Source: Chloroflexota bacterium
Lineage (GTDB): Bacteria > Chloroflexota > Anaerolineae > UBA4142
Reading direction: 5' to 3'
Assembly: GCA_016200825.1 (NCBI GenBank)
Contig: JACQEA010000335.1
Location: 1-41,502 of the forward strand
Length of the DNA: 41,502 nucleotides
Shown here: piece after piece, positions 1-8,176 of the stretch
Layout of the letters: every line of letters begins with the position of its first letter
How positions within the stretch are numbered: the first letter of the stretch is position 1
The notes under the pieces: generated by a model
What the model was told of the DNA's origin: nothing
Databases searched by the model: none
The model's input: the letters and a program-made list of their open reading frames with translations, nothing else
Position numbers and translations under genes: made by a program

Positions 1-98
1 ACACGACTCATCACGCGCGGCATAAAACCCGCGCGCGTTAATCGCGCGACCACTTGCTCTCCCAATACGCCGCGGCCACCGGTGACGAGAACCCGCAT
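1..98 (-). CDS. NAD(P)-dependent epimerase/dehydratase (SDR), first 32 codons only; gene continues past the left edge
   Basis: The minus-strand ATG at 98..96 translates to MRVLVTGGRGVLGEQVVARLTRAGFMPRVMSR, a classic Rossmann GxxGxxG N-terminus. It is too short to appear in the ORF track. The listed 38..229(-) ORF is in another frame and has no recognisable features. Confidence 0.5.
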   Translation of the reverse strand, partial: MRVLVTGGRGVLGEQVVARLTRAGFMPRVMSR

Positions 99-120
99 GA
101 TGAATGAATAATACGTTCCG

Positions 121-144
121 CGAGCGAGTCCGTCAAGTCGCTCG
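121..144. promoter_or_regulatory. 24-bp palindrome (arms CGAGCGA / TCGCTCG, 10-nt spacer); candidate operator or 5'-UTR hairpin in the divergent control region
   Basis: Read directly: cgagcga-gtccgtcaag-tcgctcg. It lies between the minus-strand SDR start (98) and the regulator gene (271). MarR-type regulators typically bind palindromes in such divergent spacers. Confidence 0.2.
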
Positions 145-216
145 GGTGTGCAAGCAAAATCATTTTGATGAGAAGGACTTTGCCCGCCAACACATCCATT
201 TCGCCACGTGCCGCGA

Positions 217-244
217 TTGACAAAACCAAAATTTGAGTTAAAAT
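217..244 (+). promoter_or_regulatory. sigma70-like promoter, TTGACA - 16 nt - TAAAAT
   Basis: TTGACA sits at 217..222 and TAAAAT at 239..244. The predicted TSS is near 251. The leader carries GGAAAG (261..266) 4 nt before ATG 271. Confidence 0.45.
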
Positions 245-270
245 TCAAGTTGTGAATTTTGGAAAGTGAA

Positions 271-759
271 ATGGCTGAGCCCAAACCGATTCCTTTGGAA
301 CATGATCTACAATTGCTAGAGACAATCGAGCAAAACCCAAATGTCACTCAGGCAGACCTCGCCGCGCAGTTGGGTATTGCGGTTGGCACAGTCAATTGGT
401 ACATCAAGCGGATGATGTCAAAGGGCTATGTCAAAATTCGTCAACTCGAACGCAGGCGATTGTTGTATCTCATCACGCCGCGCGGAATTCTTAGAAAGTC
501 TAAACTGGGTATCGCGTATTTGAAAGTTTCTATGCAATTGTACCGAGAGACGCGCATCCAAGCCACCCAATTGTTGAAGCGCGCGCGGGCCGCAGGGTTT
601 GATGAGATTTCCATTCAGGCAGATGGAGATCTAGCAGAAATTTGTCGGCTGACTTGTTTGGAACAAGGCATTTCGTTAGCGAAATCCACGCGTAAGAATA
701 TTGTGCCGCGGATTTCTTGGGTGGGCATGCGCATGAAATTAGAAATACCGGAAAAATGA
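271..759 (+). CDS. Winged-helix (MarR-like) transcriptional regulator of the EPS-associated type
   Basis: The N-terminal wHTH reads NVTQADLAAQLGIAVGTVNWYIKRMMSKGYVKIRQLERRR. It is the first gene of the locus. ATG 271 has a GGAAAG Shine-Dalgarno; TTG 259 from the ORF track is an alternative start. Stop TGA 757..759 overlaps the next ATG (ATGA). Confidence 0.7.
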   Translation: MAEPKPIPLEHDLQLLETIEQNPNVTQADLAAQLGIAVGTVNWYIKRMMSKGYVKIRQLERRRLLYLITPRGILRKSKLGIAYLKVSMQLYRETRIQATQLLKRARAAGFDEISIQADGDLAEICRLTCLEQGISLAKSTRKNIVPRISWVGMRMKLEIPEK

Positions 760-1814
760 AAATTGTTTCGATTGTCGGCGCCCGACCGCAATTTATCAAA
801 GTGGCGGTCGTGAGCCGCGTCTTGCGCGAGCAGTTTCACGAAGTAATCTTGAATACCGGACAACATTACGATGACGGCATGTCGGGAATTTTTTTTCGCG
901 AACTGGGAATCTCCAATCCCGACTATAATTTAGGAGTGGGATCTGGCTCACACGCGAAACAAACCGGCGAAATGCTGGCGAAAATAGAAGCGGTGCTATT
1001 GAAGGAAACGCCGGATTGGGTTTTGGTTTACGGTGATACGAATTCAACGCTGGCGGGCGCGCTCGCGGCGGCGAAATTGCATGTTCCGGTTGCGCATGTC
1101 GAAGCGGGATTGCGGAGTTACAATCGCGCGATGCCGGAAGAAATCAACCGGATCGCGACCGATCATATTTCGGATTTACTTTTCTGTCCGACGTTCTCGG
1201 CAAGTGAAATTTTGCGCGGTGAAGGAATTTCGCGCGGGGTTTATGTCGTTGGCGATGTAATGTACGACGCGGTAATGAGATATCTCGCAATCGCAGAGAA
1301 ACAATCGCGGATTTTGGAAATCTTGCGAATCACACCCAAAAAATTTCTGCTCGCGACCATTCATCGCCCTTCCAATACCGACAATATTGAAAACCTGCGC
1401 GAAATTCTTTGTGCGTTTGGATCGGTGAATGAATTGATCGTGTTCCCGGTTCATCCGCGCACGCGAAAGGCAATTGAAGCGTTAGGCACGCGCGCGAATG
1501 ATAATGTGCGCTTTATCGAGCCGGTGGGATATTTAGATATGCTATGGTTAGAAAAAAACGCGCGGCTGATTCTAACTGATTCCGGCGGATTGCAAAAAGA
1601 AGCTTATGCGGTGGGTGTCCCGTGCATTACTTTACGGACGGAAACAGAATGGATCGAAACGGTCAAGACCGGATGGAATGCCGTGGTCGGAACGAATCGC
1701 GAATTAATTGTCGAGACCGTGAAAAATTTTGTCGCGCCGGATACCCATCCCGATTTGTTTGGCGATGGCCATGCAAGTGAAAAAATCGCCACGCATTTGT
1801 TGGAGTTCAAGTGA
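756..1814 (+). CDS. wecB: UDP-N-acetylglucosamine 2-epimerase family (non-hydrolysing; WecB/WbpI-like)
   Basis: MKIVSIVGARPQFIK, VYGDTNSTLAGALAAAKLHVPVAHVEAGLRS and LTDSGGLQKEA are hallmark motifs. The ORF-track start 717 was trimmed to ATG 756, which gives an ATGA overlap with the regulator stop. Confidence 0.9.
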   Translation: MKIVSIVGARPQFIKVAVVSRVLREQFHEVILNTGQHYDDGMSGIFFRELGISNPDYNLGVGSGSHAKQTGEMLAKIEAVLLKETPDWVLVYGDTNSTLAGALAAAKLHVPVAHVEAGLRSYNRAMPEEINRIATDHISDLLFCPTFSASEILRGEGISRGVYVVGDVMYDAVMRYLAIAEKQSRILEILRITPKKFLLATIHRPSNTDNIENLREILCAFGSVNELIVFPVHPRTRKAIEALGTRANDNVRFIEPVGYLDMLWLEKNARLILTDSGGLQKEAYAVGVPCITLRTETEWIETVKTGWNAVVGTNRELIVETVKNFVAPDTHPDLFGDGHASEKIATHLLEFK

Positions 1815-2368
1815 TTCACCCAACTGCCGAAGTTTCCGCGGATGCAATCATCGGCGAAAATACGCGAATCTGGCATAACGCCCAAGTGCGCGAACGCGTT
1901 CGGATCGGAAAGAATTGCATCATTGGAAAAGGCGTGTACGTTGATTTCGATGTGACGCTTGGCGATAACGTCAAAGTCCAAAATTATGCTTCGCTTTATC
2001 ATCCGGCGGTGATTGAAGATGGAGTTTTTGTCGGACCGTATGTCTGTCTGACGAATGACAAAAACCCGCGCGCGATCACACCGGACGGAAAAATAAAACG
2101 CGAAGGTGATTGGCAAGTTGGACAAATTGTTATTCGTTATGGCGCCGCGCTGGGCACCGGTTCAATTATTTTGTCGAATGTGAAAGTTGGAAAGTGGTCG
2201 CTGGTTGCCGCGGGAGCAGTGGTGACGCGCGATGTTCCGGATCATGCGCTCGTCATCGGAAATCCGGCCCGCCTCGCGGGGTATGTGTGCAAGCAAGCGC
2301 ATCGCATGTCGAAAATAAATGCGTCGCATTGGAAATGTTCAAAGTGCGGTGAAGAGATTGATGTGTAA
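1811..2368 (+). CDS. Left-handed beta-helix (hexapeptide) N-acetyltransferase, WbpD/WlbB-like
   Basis: It is collinear with my recollection of WbpD (IHPTAEV..IGENTRIWHNAQV..VKVQNYASLY..EDGVFVGP..TND.NPRA). The start is GTG 1811 in a GTGA overlap. It carries a C-terminal Cys-x15-Cys-x2-Cys tail. Confidence 0.75.
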   Translation: MIHPTAEVSADAIIGENTRIWHNAQVRERVRIGKNCIIGKGVYVDFDVTLGDNVKVQNYASLYHPAVIEDGVFVGPYVCLTNDKNPRAITPDGKIKREGDWQVGQIVIRYGAALGTGSIILSNVKVGKWSLVAAGAVVTRDVPDHALVIGNPARLAGYVCKQAHRMSKINASHWKCSKCGEEIDV

Positions 2369-2428
2369 AATGATTTATCCGAAGAAAAAAATTCCAGAAA
2401 AAATTTCATCGGACACGATGAGGCAAGC

Positions 2429-3496
2429 GTGATTCCGATTTCAAAGCCGTTGATGGGCGACGAAGAAAAAAATGCCGTGAGCGCCGTTCTGAAATCCGGG
2501 CAACTCGCGCAAGGCGCGCGCGTCAAAGAGTTTGAAGAAAAATTCGCGGCGTATTGCGGCGTGAAGCACGCGATTGCAACTTCGTCCGGGACAACTGCGC
2601 TGTGGCTGGCATTGCTCGCTCACGATATTGGACCTGGCGACGAGGTGATCACATCGCCGTTCACATTTATTGCTTCCGCTAATTCGATTTTGTACGCAGG
2701 CGCGAAGCCGGTCTTTGCCGACATTGATGCAGAAACTTTTAATCTAAATCCCGAACTGATCGAAACAAAAATTACGCCGCGCACCAAAGCCATTATGCCA
2801 ATTCATTTGTTTGGCTATGTGTGCGATATGGAAGCCTTGAGCAAAATCGCGCGCAAACATAATTTGGCAATTATCGAAGACGCGTGTCAAGCACACGGTG
2901 CGGCGCAAAACGGCAAGCGCGCGGGAAGTTTTGGGACGGGTTGTTTCTCTTTTTACGCGACCAAAAATATGACGACCGGTGAAGGCGGGATGACCACGAC
3001 CGACGATGATCAAATTGCTGACCGCGCGCGATTATTGCGCGCGCATGGAATGCGCGTGCGGTACTACCATGAATCGCTCGGCTATAATTTTCGTCTCACC
3101 GATATTCAAGCCGCGATCGGGGTCGCGCAGCTGGAAAAATTAGATGGGTTCAACGAAAGCCGCAGCGCGAACGCGGCATATTTAAACGAACATCTCGAAA
3201 GCGTTAGCATCCCTCAAATCAAGCGCGGTTATCGTCACGTTTTCCATCAATATACGATTCGCGTTAAAGACAATCGCGATGAGTTGCAAAAAAAGTTAGA
3301 GCAAGCCGGAATTGGCACGGGCGTTTTTTATCCGGTGCCAGTTCATCAACAACCAGTCTATCGCAACTTGGGTTATCGCGAGGCGTTGCCCGTTTCCGAA
3401 ACCGTGAGCCAGCAAGTTCTTTCACTTCCGATTCATCCCGCGCTGAGTCGAGACGATCTTGCGTTGATCGCGCAAAAGGTAAATGAATTGTGTTAA
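2429..3496 (+). CDS. DegT/DnrJ/EryC1/StrS PLP-dependent sugar aminotransferase (WbpE-like by context)
   Basis: GPGDEVITSPFTFIASAN, IEDACQAHGA and the SFYATKNMTTGEGG (PLP-Lys) motifs are present. It sits between the WbpD-like and WbpB-like genes. GTG 2429 is preceded by GAGGCA. Confidence 0.8.
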   Translation: MIPISKPLMGDEEKNAVSAVLKSGQLAQGARVKEFEEKFAAYCGVKHAIATSSGTTALWLALLAHDIGPGDEVITSPFTFIASANSILYAGAKPVFADIDAETFNLNPELIETKITPRTKAIMPIHLFGYVCDMEALSKIARKHNLAIIEDACQAHGAAQNGKRAGSFGTGCFSFYATKNMTTGEGGMTTTDDDQIADRARLLRAHGMRVRYYHESLGYNFRLTDIQAAIGVAQLEKLDGFNESRSANAAYLNEHLESVSIPQIKRGYRHVFHQYTIRVKDNRDELQKKLEQAGIGTGVFYPVPVHQQPVYRNLGYREALPVSETVSQQVLSLPIHPALSRDDLALIAQKVNELC

Positions 3497-4488
3497 AGGT
3501 CGGGGTGATCGGCGTTGGCGCGATGGGGCGCAATCACACGCGAATTTATTCAGAATTAGAGAATGTGGAATTCAGCGCGGTCGCGGACGCGAGCGCCGAG
3601 TTGACTCGGAAAATTGCAAATCAATACCGAGTCCGCGCGTACACCGATTATCGCGAGATGCTGAGCCACGAAAATTTGCAAGCGGTGTCGGTTGCGGTGC
3701 CGACGCGATTGCATCGCGAAGTTGCCGAAGCCGCGCTGAATGCGGGCGTGGCGGTGTTAGTAGAAAAGCCGATTGCCGCGACAATCGAAGACGCGCGCGC
3801 AATGATCGCGATGGCGCAAAAAAACAAATTGCTGTTGATGGTGGGGCACGTTGAACGATGGAATCCCGCGGTCGTCGCGTTGAAATCGCGATTGCAAAGC
3901 GGCGCACTCGGAAAAATTTTTCAGATTCACGCGCAACGTCTGGGTCCGTTTCCGGCGCGCGTGCGCGATGTGGGCGTGGTGCTTGATCTCGCCACACACG
4001 ATCTCGATGTAATGCGCTTTCTGACCGAATCGAACGCGACGCGCGTTTACGCGGAGACGGCGCGCCGCATTCATACCGATCACGAAGATTTGCTTTCCGG
4101 GATTGTTGCCTTTGCCAGCGGCACCGTCGGCGTTTTAGATATTAATTGGCTGACGCCAACCAAAGTGCGCGTGTTATCCGTCACCGGCGAGCGCGGGATG
4201 TTCGCGGTAAATTATTTGACGCAAGAATTGTGGTTTTATCGGAATGATATGTACTCTTCCGATGAATGGGATAGTTTGCGGACGTTGCGCGGTGTGAGCG
4301 AAGGAGATATGATCAAGATTCGAATTGATACGCGCGAGCCGCTCAAAGTTGAATTGCAAGCATTTCTCGCGTGTGTTGAGCAAAACGCGCCGGCACCGGT
4401 GAATGGCGAAGATGGTTTGTATGCGTTGCAACTCGCGCAAGCCTTGGTAGAATCGGGACAGACGCATCAGGTGATCGAAATAAAATGA
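3490..4488 (+). CDS. Gfo/Idh/MocA NAD-dependent oxidoreductase (WbpB/WlbA-like sugar 3-dehydrogenase by context)
   Basis: The N-terminus has a Rossmann motif (KVGVIGVGAMGRNH) and the EKP motif (VLVEKPIA). The GTG start overlaps the previous gene by 7 nt. Confidence 0.75.
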   Translation: MLKVGVIGVGAMGRNHTRIYSELENVEFSAVADASAELTRKIANQYRVRAYTDYREMLSHENLQAVSVAVPTRLHREVAEAALNAGVAVLVEKPIAATIEDARAMIAMAQKNKLLLMVGHVERWNPAVVALKSRLQSGALGKIFQIHAQRLGPFPARVRDVGVVLDLATHDLDVMRFLTESNATRVYAETARRIHTDHEDLLSGIVAFASGTVGVLDINWLTPTKVRVLSVTGERGMFAVNYLTQELWFYRNDMYSSDEWDSLRTLRGVSEGDMIKIRIDTREPLKVELQAFLACVEQNAPAPVNGEDGLYALQLAQALVESGQTHQVIEIK

Positions 4489-5804
4489 ACCGCGAATTGC
4501 TGGGGAGGATTCAATCGCGTTCCGCGAATCTCGCGGTGATTGGATTGGGTTATGTTGGCTTGCCCGTCGCGGCATTGTTTGCGCGCGCGGGTTTCGATGT
4601 GGTCGGAATTGATGTCGTTGAAAAGAAAATTTCCAAAATTAATTCAGGAATCTCGCCGATTGAAGGTCAAGAACCGGGACTTGCAGACCTGCTCAAGCAA
4701 GTAGTTTCATCCGGGAAATTTCGCGCGACGAAGGATTACACTGCGTGTCAGAACGCGGATTGCGTTTTTATCGCGGTTGAAACGCCGGTGGATGAGGTCA
4801 CGAAAAAACCTGACTATGTTGCGCTGCGCGGCGCGCTCGCGAGTTTAGGTCAAAATCTAAAACGCGGCGCGCTCGTGATTGTCGAATCCACGATTGCACC
4901 GCGCACAATGCAAGATGTGGTATTGCCAACGATTGAAAGTACGTCAGGGTTGAAAGCGAACGCGGATTTTTTTCTCGTTCATTGTCCCGAACGATTGACG
5001 CCGGGAAAATTAATTTTGAATATCGAAACAATGGCGCGCGTGGTTGGCGGAATGACGCGCGATGCGGCAGAAATCGCGGCAACACTTTATCGCTATGTGG
5101 TGAAAGGTGAATTGGATTTGACCGATTGCCTGACCGCAGAATTAGTCAAGACAACCGAGAACGCGTATCGCGATGTGCAAATCGCATTTGCGAATGAAGT
5201 CGCGCTCGTCTGTGAAGCGGTCGGTGGGAATGTGTGGCAAGTGCGCGAGTTGGTAAACAAATCGCCGGGACGCCATATGCTGTTGCCGGGCGCGGGTGTG
5301 GGCGGTCATTGTATTCCAAAAGATCCGTGGTTATTGATCGCAAACGCAGAGGGCGTGGACGCACCACTTATCCGCGCCGCGCGCCGCGTGAATGATTCGA
5401 TGCCGTTGCATATTGCGGATCTGGTTGTGAACGCGTTGCGCGAAGCCGGCAAGGAAATTCGCGGCGCGCGGATCGCGGTGTTGGGATACGCGTATTTGGA
5501 AAATAGTGATGACACGCGCAACTCGCCAAGCGCCGCGTTGATCGCGCGTCTGAATGAACTGGGCGCGGAAGTGCGCGTGCATGATCCGTATGTCAGTGAG
5601 TATTCAGGAGACTTGATGGAAACTTTGCGCGGCATGGATTGCGCAGTACTTATGGTCGCGCATGATGAATATCGGCAGTTAGATTTTGGCGCAATGAAAA
5701 AGCGAATGCGCGCCTCGGTGATTGTGGATGGACGGAATGAGTTTGACGCTGCAAAAATGCATAGTATGGGTTTTGTATTTCTTCAAATCGGGCAGGCGGA
5801 GTAA
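4485..5804 (+). CDS. UDP-N-acetyl-D-hexosamine 6-dehydrogenase (nucleotide-sugar dehydrogenase, WbpA/WecC-like)
   Basis: It has a Rossmann motif (VIGLGYVGLPVA), the catalytic-Cys motif GVGGHCIPKDP, and a C-terminal UDP-binding domain. Its start forms an ATGA overlap with the upstream gene. Confidence 0.85.
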   Translation: MNRELLGRIQSRSANLAVIGLGYVGLPVAALFARAGFDVVGIDVVEKKISKINSGISPIEGQEPGLADLLKQVVSSGKFRATKDYTACQNADCVFIAVETPVDEVTKKPDYVALRGALASLGQNLKRGALVIVESTIAPRTMQDVVLPTIESTSGLKANADFFLVHCPERLTPGKLILNIETMARVVGGMTRDAAEIAATLYRYVVKGELDLTDCLTAELVKTTENAYRDVQIAFANEVALVCEAVGGNVWQVRELVNKSPGRHMLLPGAGVGGHCIPKDPWLLIANAEGVDAPLIRAARRVNDSMPLHIADLVVNALREAGKEIRGARIAVLGYAYLENSDDTRNSPSAALIARLNELGAEVRVHDPYVSEYSGDLMETLRGMDCAVLMVAHDEYRQLDFGAMKKRMRASVIVDGRNEFDAAKMHSMGFVFLQIGQAE

Positions 5805-6761
5805 TTGCAATTGGAGTTAAGCGGCAAACGAATCATGGTCATCGGCGGTGCGGGTTTGGTCGGTTCTTATATCGTGGATCACCTCACGCGCGAACCGGTT
5901 TCCGAGATCATTGTGTATGATAATTTTGTTCGAGGCACGCGTGCTAATCTGGCGGAAGCAATAAAATCGCCCAAGGTGCGAATCGTCCAAGCGTCTGTAA
6001 CTGAGCGGGATACGCTTCGTCGCGAATTGCAAGGCATAGATGGCGTGTTTTTGCTAGCGTCATTGTGGCTTGGTGAATGTGTCAATGACCCGCGCAATGC
6101 ATGGGAAGTGAATGTGATGGGATCGTGGAATGTCGTTGAGGCGTGCCACGATCTTGGTATCCAGCGCGTTGTCTATTCGTCGTCTGCCTCGGTGTACGGA
6201 AATGCGCTCGTCACTCCAATGACCGAAGATCACCCTTTCAACAATCGTACGACATACGGTGCGACCAAGATCGCGGTCGAGCAGATGTTCCGCTCGATCT
6301 ACGAACAGCATAAACTGCCATACATCGGCTATCGATATATGAACATCTATGGTCCGCGAATGGATTATGAAGGTACATACGTTAGCGTGATTATGAAAGT
6401 ACTCGACCGTATCTTTGCGGGCAAGACGCCGCTGATCTTTGGCGATGGCAAGCAAATGTACGATTTTGTGTATGTCGAAGATGTGGCACAAGCGAACATC
6501 TTGGGGATGAAAGCCGATTGCGCGGATGAATTCTTCAACATTGGAATGGGCGTGGGGACGACGATCAACGAATTGGTGGAGATACTTCTCGAATTGACCG
6601 GTTCAACGCTCAAGCCCGAGTATCGTCCGCAAGAGCAAAGTTTTGTGACGTACAGGATCGGAAGTGTTGACAAAGCAGAGCGATTGCTCGGTTTCAAAGC
6701 CAAGACTCCATTGATCGAAGGATTGCGCCGAGTAGTGGAGTGGCGTAAGAATCTGGTATGA
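5805..6761 (+). CDS. NAD-dependent epimerase/dehydratase (extended SDR, UDP-sugar 4-epimerase-like)
   Basis: VIGGAGLVGSYIV is the Rossmann motif, with SSSASVYG and YGATK (YxxxK) also present. TTG 5805 or ATG 5835 are the possible starts. Confidence 0.8.
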   Translation: MQLELSGKRIMVIGGAGLVGSYIVDHLTREPVSEIIVYDNFVRGTRANLAEAIKSPKVRIVQASVTERDTLRRELQGIDGVFLLASLWLGECVNDPRNAWEVNVMGSWNVVEACHDLGIQRVVYSSSASVYGNALVTPMTEDHPFNNRTTYGATKIAVEQMFRSIYEQHKLPYIGYRYMNIYGPRMDYEGTYVSVIMKVLDRIFAGKTPLIFGDGKQMYDFVYVEDVAQANILGMKADCADEFFNIGMGVGTTINELVEILLELTGSTLKPEYRPQEQSFVTYRIGSVDKAERLLGFKAKTPLIEGLRRVVEWRKNLV

Positions 6762-7930
6762 GAATTCCAATTACAAAGCCATTTTTTGGCGCAGAAGAAT
6801 TGCGGGCAATTCAAATTCCACTTGAAACCGGTTGGGTGGTGCAAGGACCCAAAGTCGCTGAGTTTGAACGCCGGTTCGCGAAGTACTCCGGCGCGTCATT
6901 CGCGTTGGCGACGACCTCTTGCACGAGCGCGCTCCACCTTGCAATGGTCGCGCTGGGAGTTGGGCCGGGCGATGAAGTGATTATCCCTTCTTTTACGTGG
7001 GTCGCCACGGCGAACGTGGTAGAAATGCAAGGCGCGCGTCCGGTGATTGTAGACATTGACCTGCGCGACTTTAACATCGCAGTGGATCAAATTGAACGCG
7101 CGATTACGGCGCGTACGAAAGTCATTATGCCGGTTTCACTTTTTGGAGTCAGCGCGCCGATGCAACCGATCTTGGAGGTCGCGCGCCAACACGGCTTGAA
7201 GGTTGTCGAAGACGCGGCGTGCGCGACCGGCGCATGGTATGACGGTCATCATGCCGGCACGCTCGCTGACATTGGCTGTTTTAGTTTCCATCCGCGCAAA
7301 GCGATTACCACCGGCGAAGGCGGGTTGCTGATCACGCAAGACGCCGGTATCGCGAAATGCGTTCAATCCTTGCGTGATCACGGCGCATCCAAAAGTGATT
7401 TAGCGTGGCATGAGTCCGCGCATAGTTACCAGTTGCCCGACTTTGACATGGTGGGCTACAATTATCGGATGACGGATTTGCAGGGCTCTTTGGACGTAGC
7501 CCAGATGGAACGACTCGAATGGATTTTGGAGCAACGCACCAAAAGGGCGCAACGGTACGATCAGTTTCTGAAAGAGATCGAGTGGTTACGTCCGCAGGCG
7601 TTGCCCTCCAATTGCAAACACGGTTATCAATCCTACGTTTGCTTACTGCATACTCAAACACCGACACTGTTGAATTGGCAACGTCTGCACGCGCAACGCA
7701 ATGCTTTGATGGACGCACTCGAAGCGGCGGGGATCGCGACGCGTCCCGGCACGCACGCCGTTCATCTGCTCGGTTTTTACCGCGAAAAATATGAAATCCA
7801 GCCGGAAGATTTTCCGAACGCACTCTTTGCCGACAAATTGACTCTGACACTTCCATTGTACGCGCAAATGACGGACGAGGAGCAAGATTACGTCATCACG
7901 CATTTGCTCAAGAACAGTCCAAAAATATGA
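6758..7930 (+). CDS. DegT/DnrJ/EryC1/StrS sugar aminotransferase (second copy)
   Basis: GPGDEVIIPSFTWVATAN, VEDAACATGA and SFHPRKAITTGEGG (PLP-Lys) are present. Its start forms an ATGA overlap with the SDR stop. Confidence 0.85.
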   Translation: MRIPITKPFFGAEELRAIQIPLETGWVVQGPKVAEFERRFAKYSGASFALATTSCTSALHLAMVALGVGPGDEVIIPSFTWVATANVVEMQGARPVIVDIDLRDFNIAVDQIERAITARTKVIMPVSLFGVSAPMQPILEVARQHGLKVVEDAACATGAWYDGHHAGTLADIGCFSFHPRKAITTGEGGLLITQDAGIAKCVQSLRDHGASKSDLAWHESAHSYQLPDFDMVGYNYRMTDLQGSLDVAQMERLEWILEQRTKRAQRYDQFLKEIEWLRPQALPSNCKHGYQSYVCLLHTQTPTLLNWQRLHAQRNALMDALEAAGIATRPGTHAVHLLGFYREKYEIQPEDFPNALFADKLTLTLPLYAQMTDEEQDYVITHLLKNSPKI

Positions 7931-8115
7931 AGACAACACTGGCGCGTCGGCTCGTTGATCCGACACAAAAACGTCCAATGCAATTGCAAATTTCCAATGG
8001 CAATCAAGACAATATCATCAGCGGAAAACTGAATGCGGAAGACGTACACGTTACTCGCAACGCCAGACCGCCGCTCAAGTCCGGCAGTGGTGCGACGAAG
8101 CGCGACTGTGCATAA
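7927..8115 (+). CDS. Hypothetical 62-aa small ORF (doubtful)
   Basis: ATG 7927 is in an ATGA overlap with the aminotransferase stop. The product is hydrophilic with no recognisable motif. The ORF fills most of the largest non-coding gap of the operon. Confidence 0.15.
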   Translation: MKTTLARRLVDPTQKRPMQLQISNGNQDNIISGKLNAEDVHVTRNARPPLKSGSGATKRDCA

Positions 8116-8176
8116 AGTGGTTTCATGAACAAGAAAGCGGTTTAACTATCCGCGCAAGCAAAAAGTAGGCGACGAT

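Noticed and set aside
38-229. 63-aa minus-strand ORF from the ORF track
   Set aside because: It has no recognisable motif. It overlaps, in another frame, the much more convincing Rossmann N-terminus MRVLVTGGRGVLGE that starts at 98 on the minus strand. It also runs through the promoter and palindrome region.
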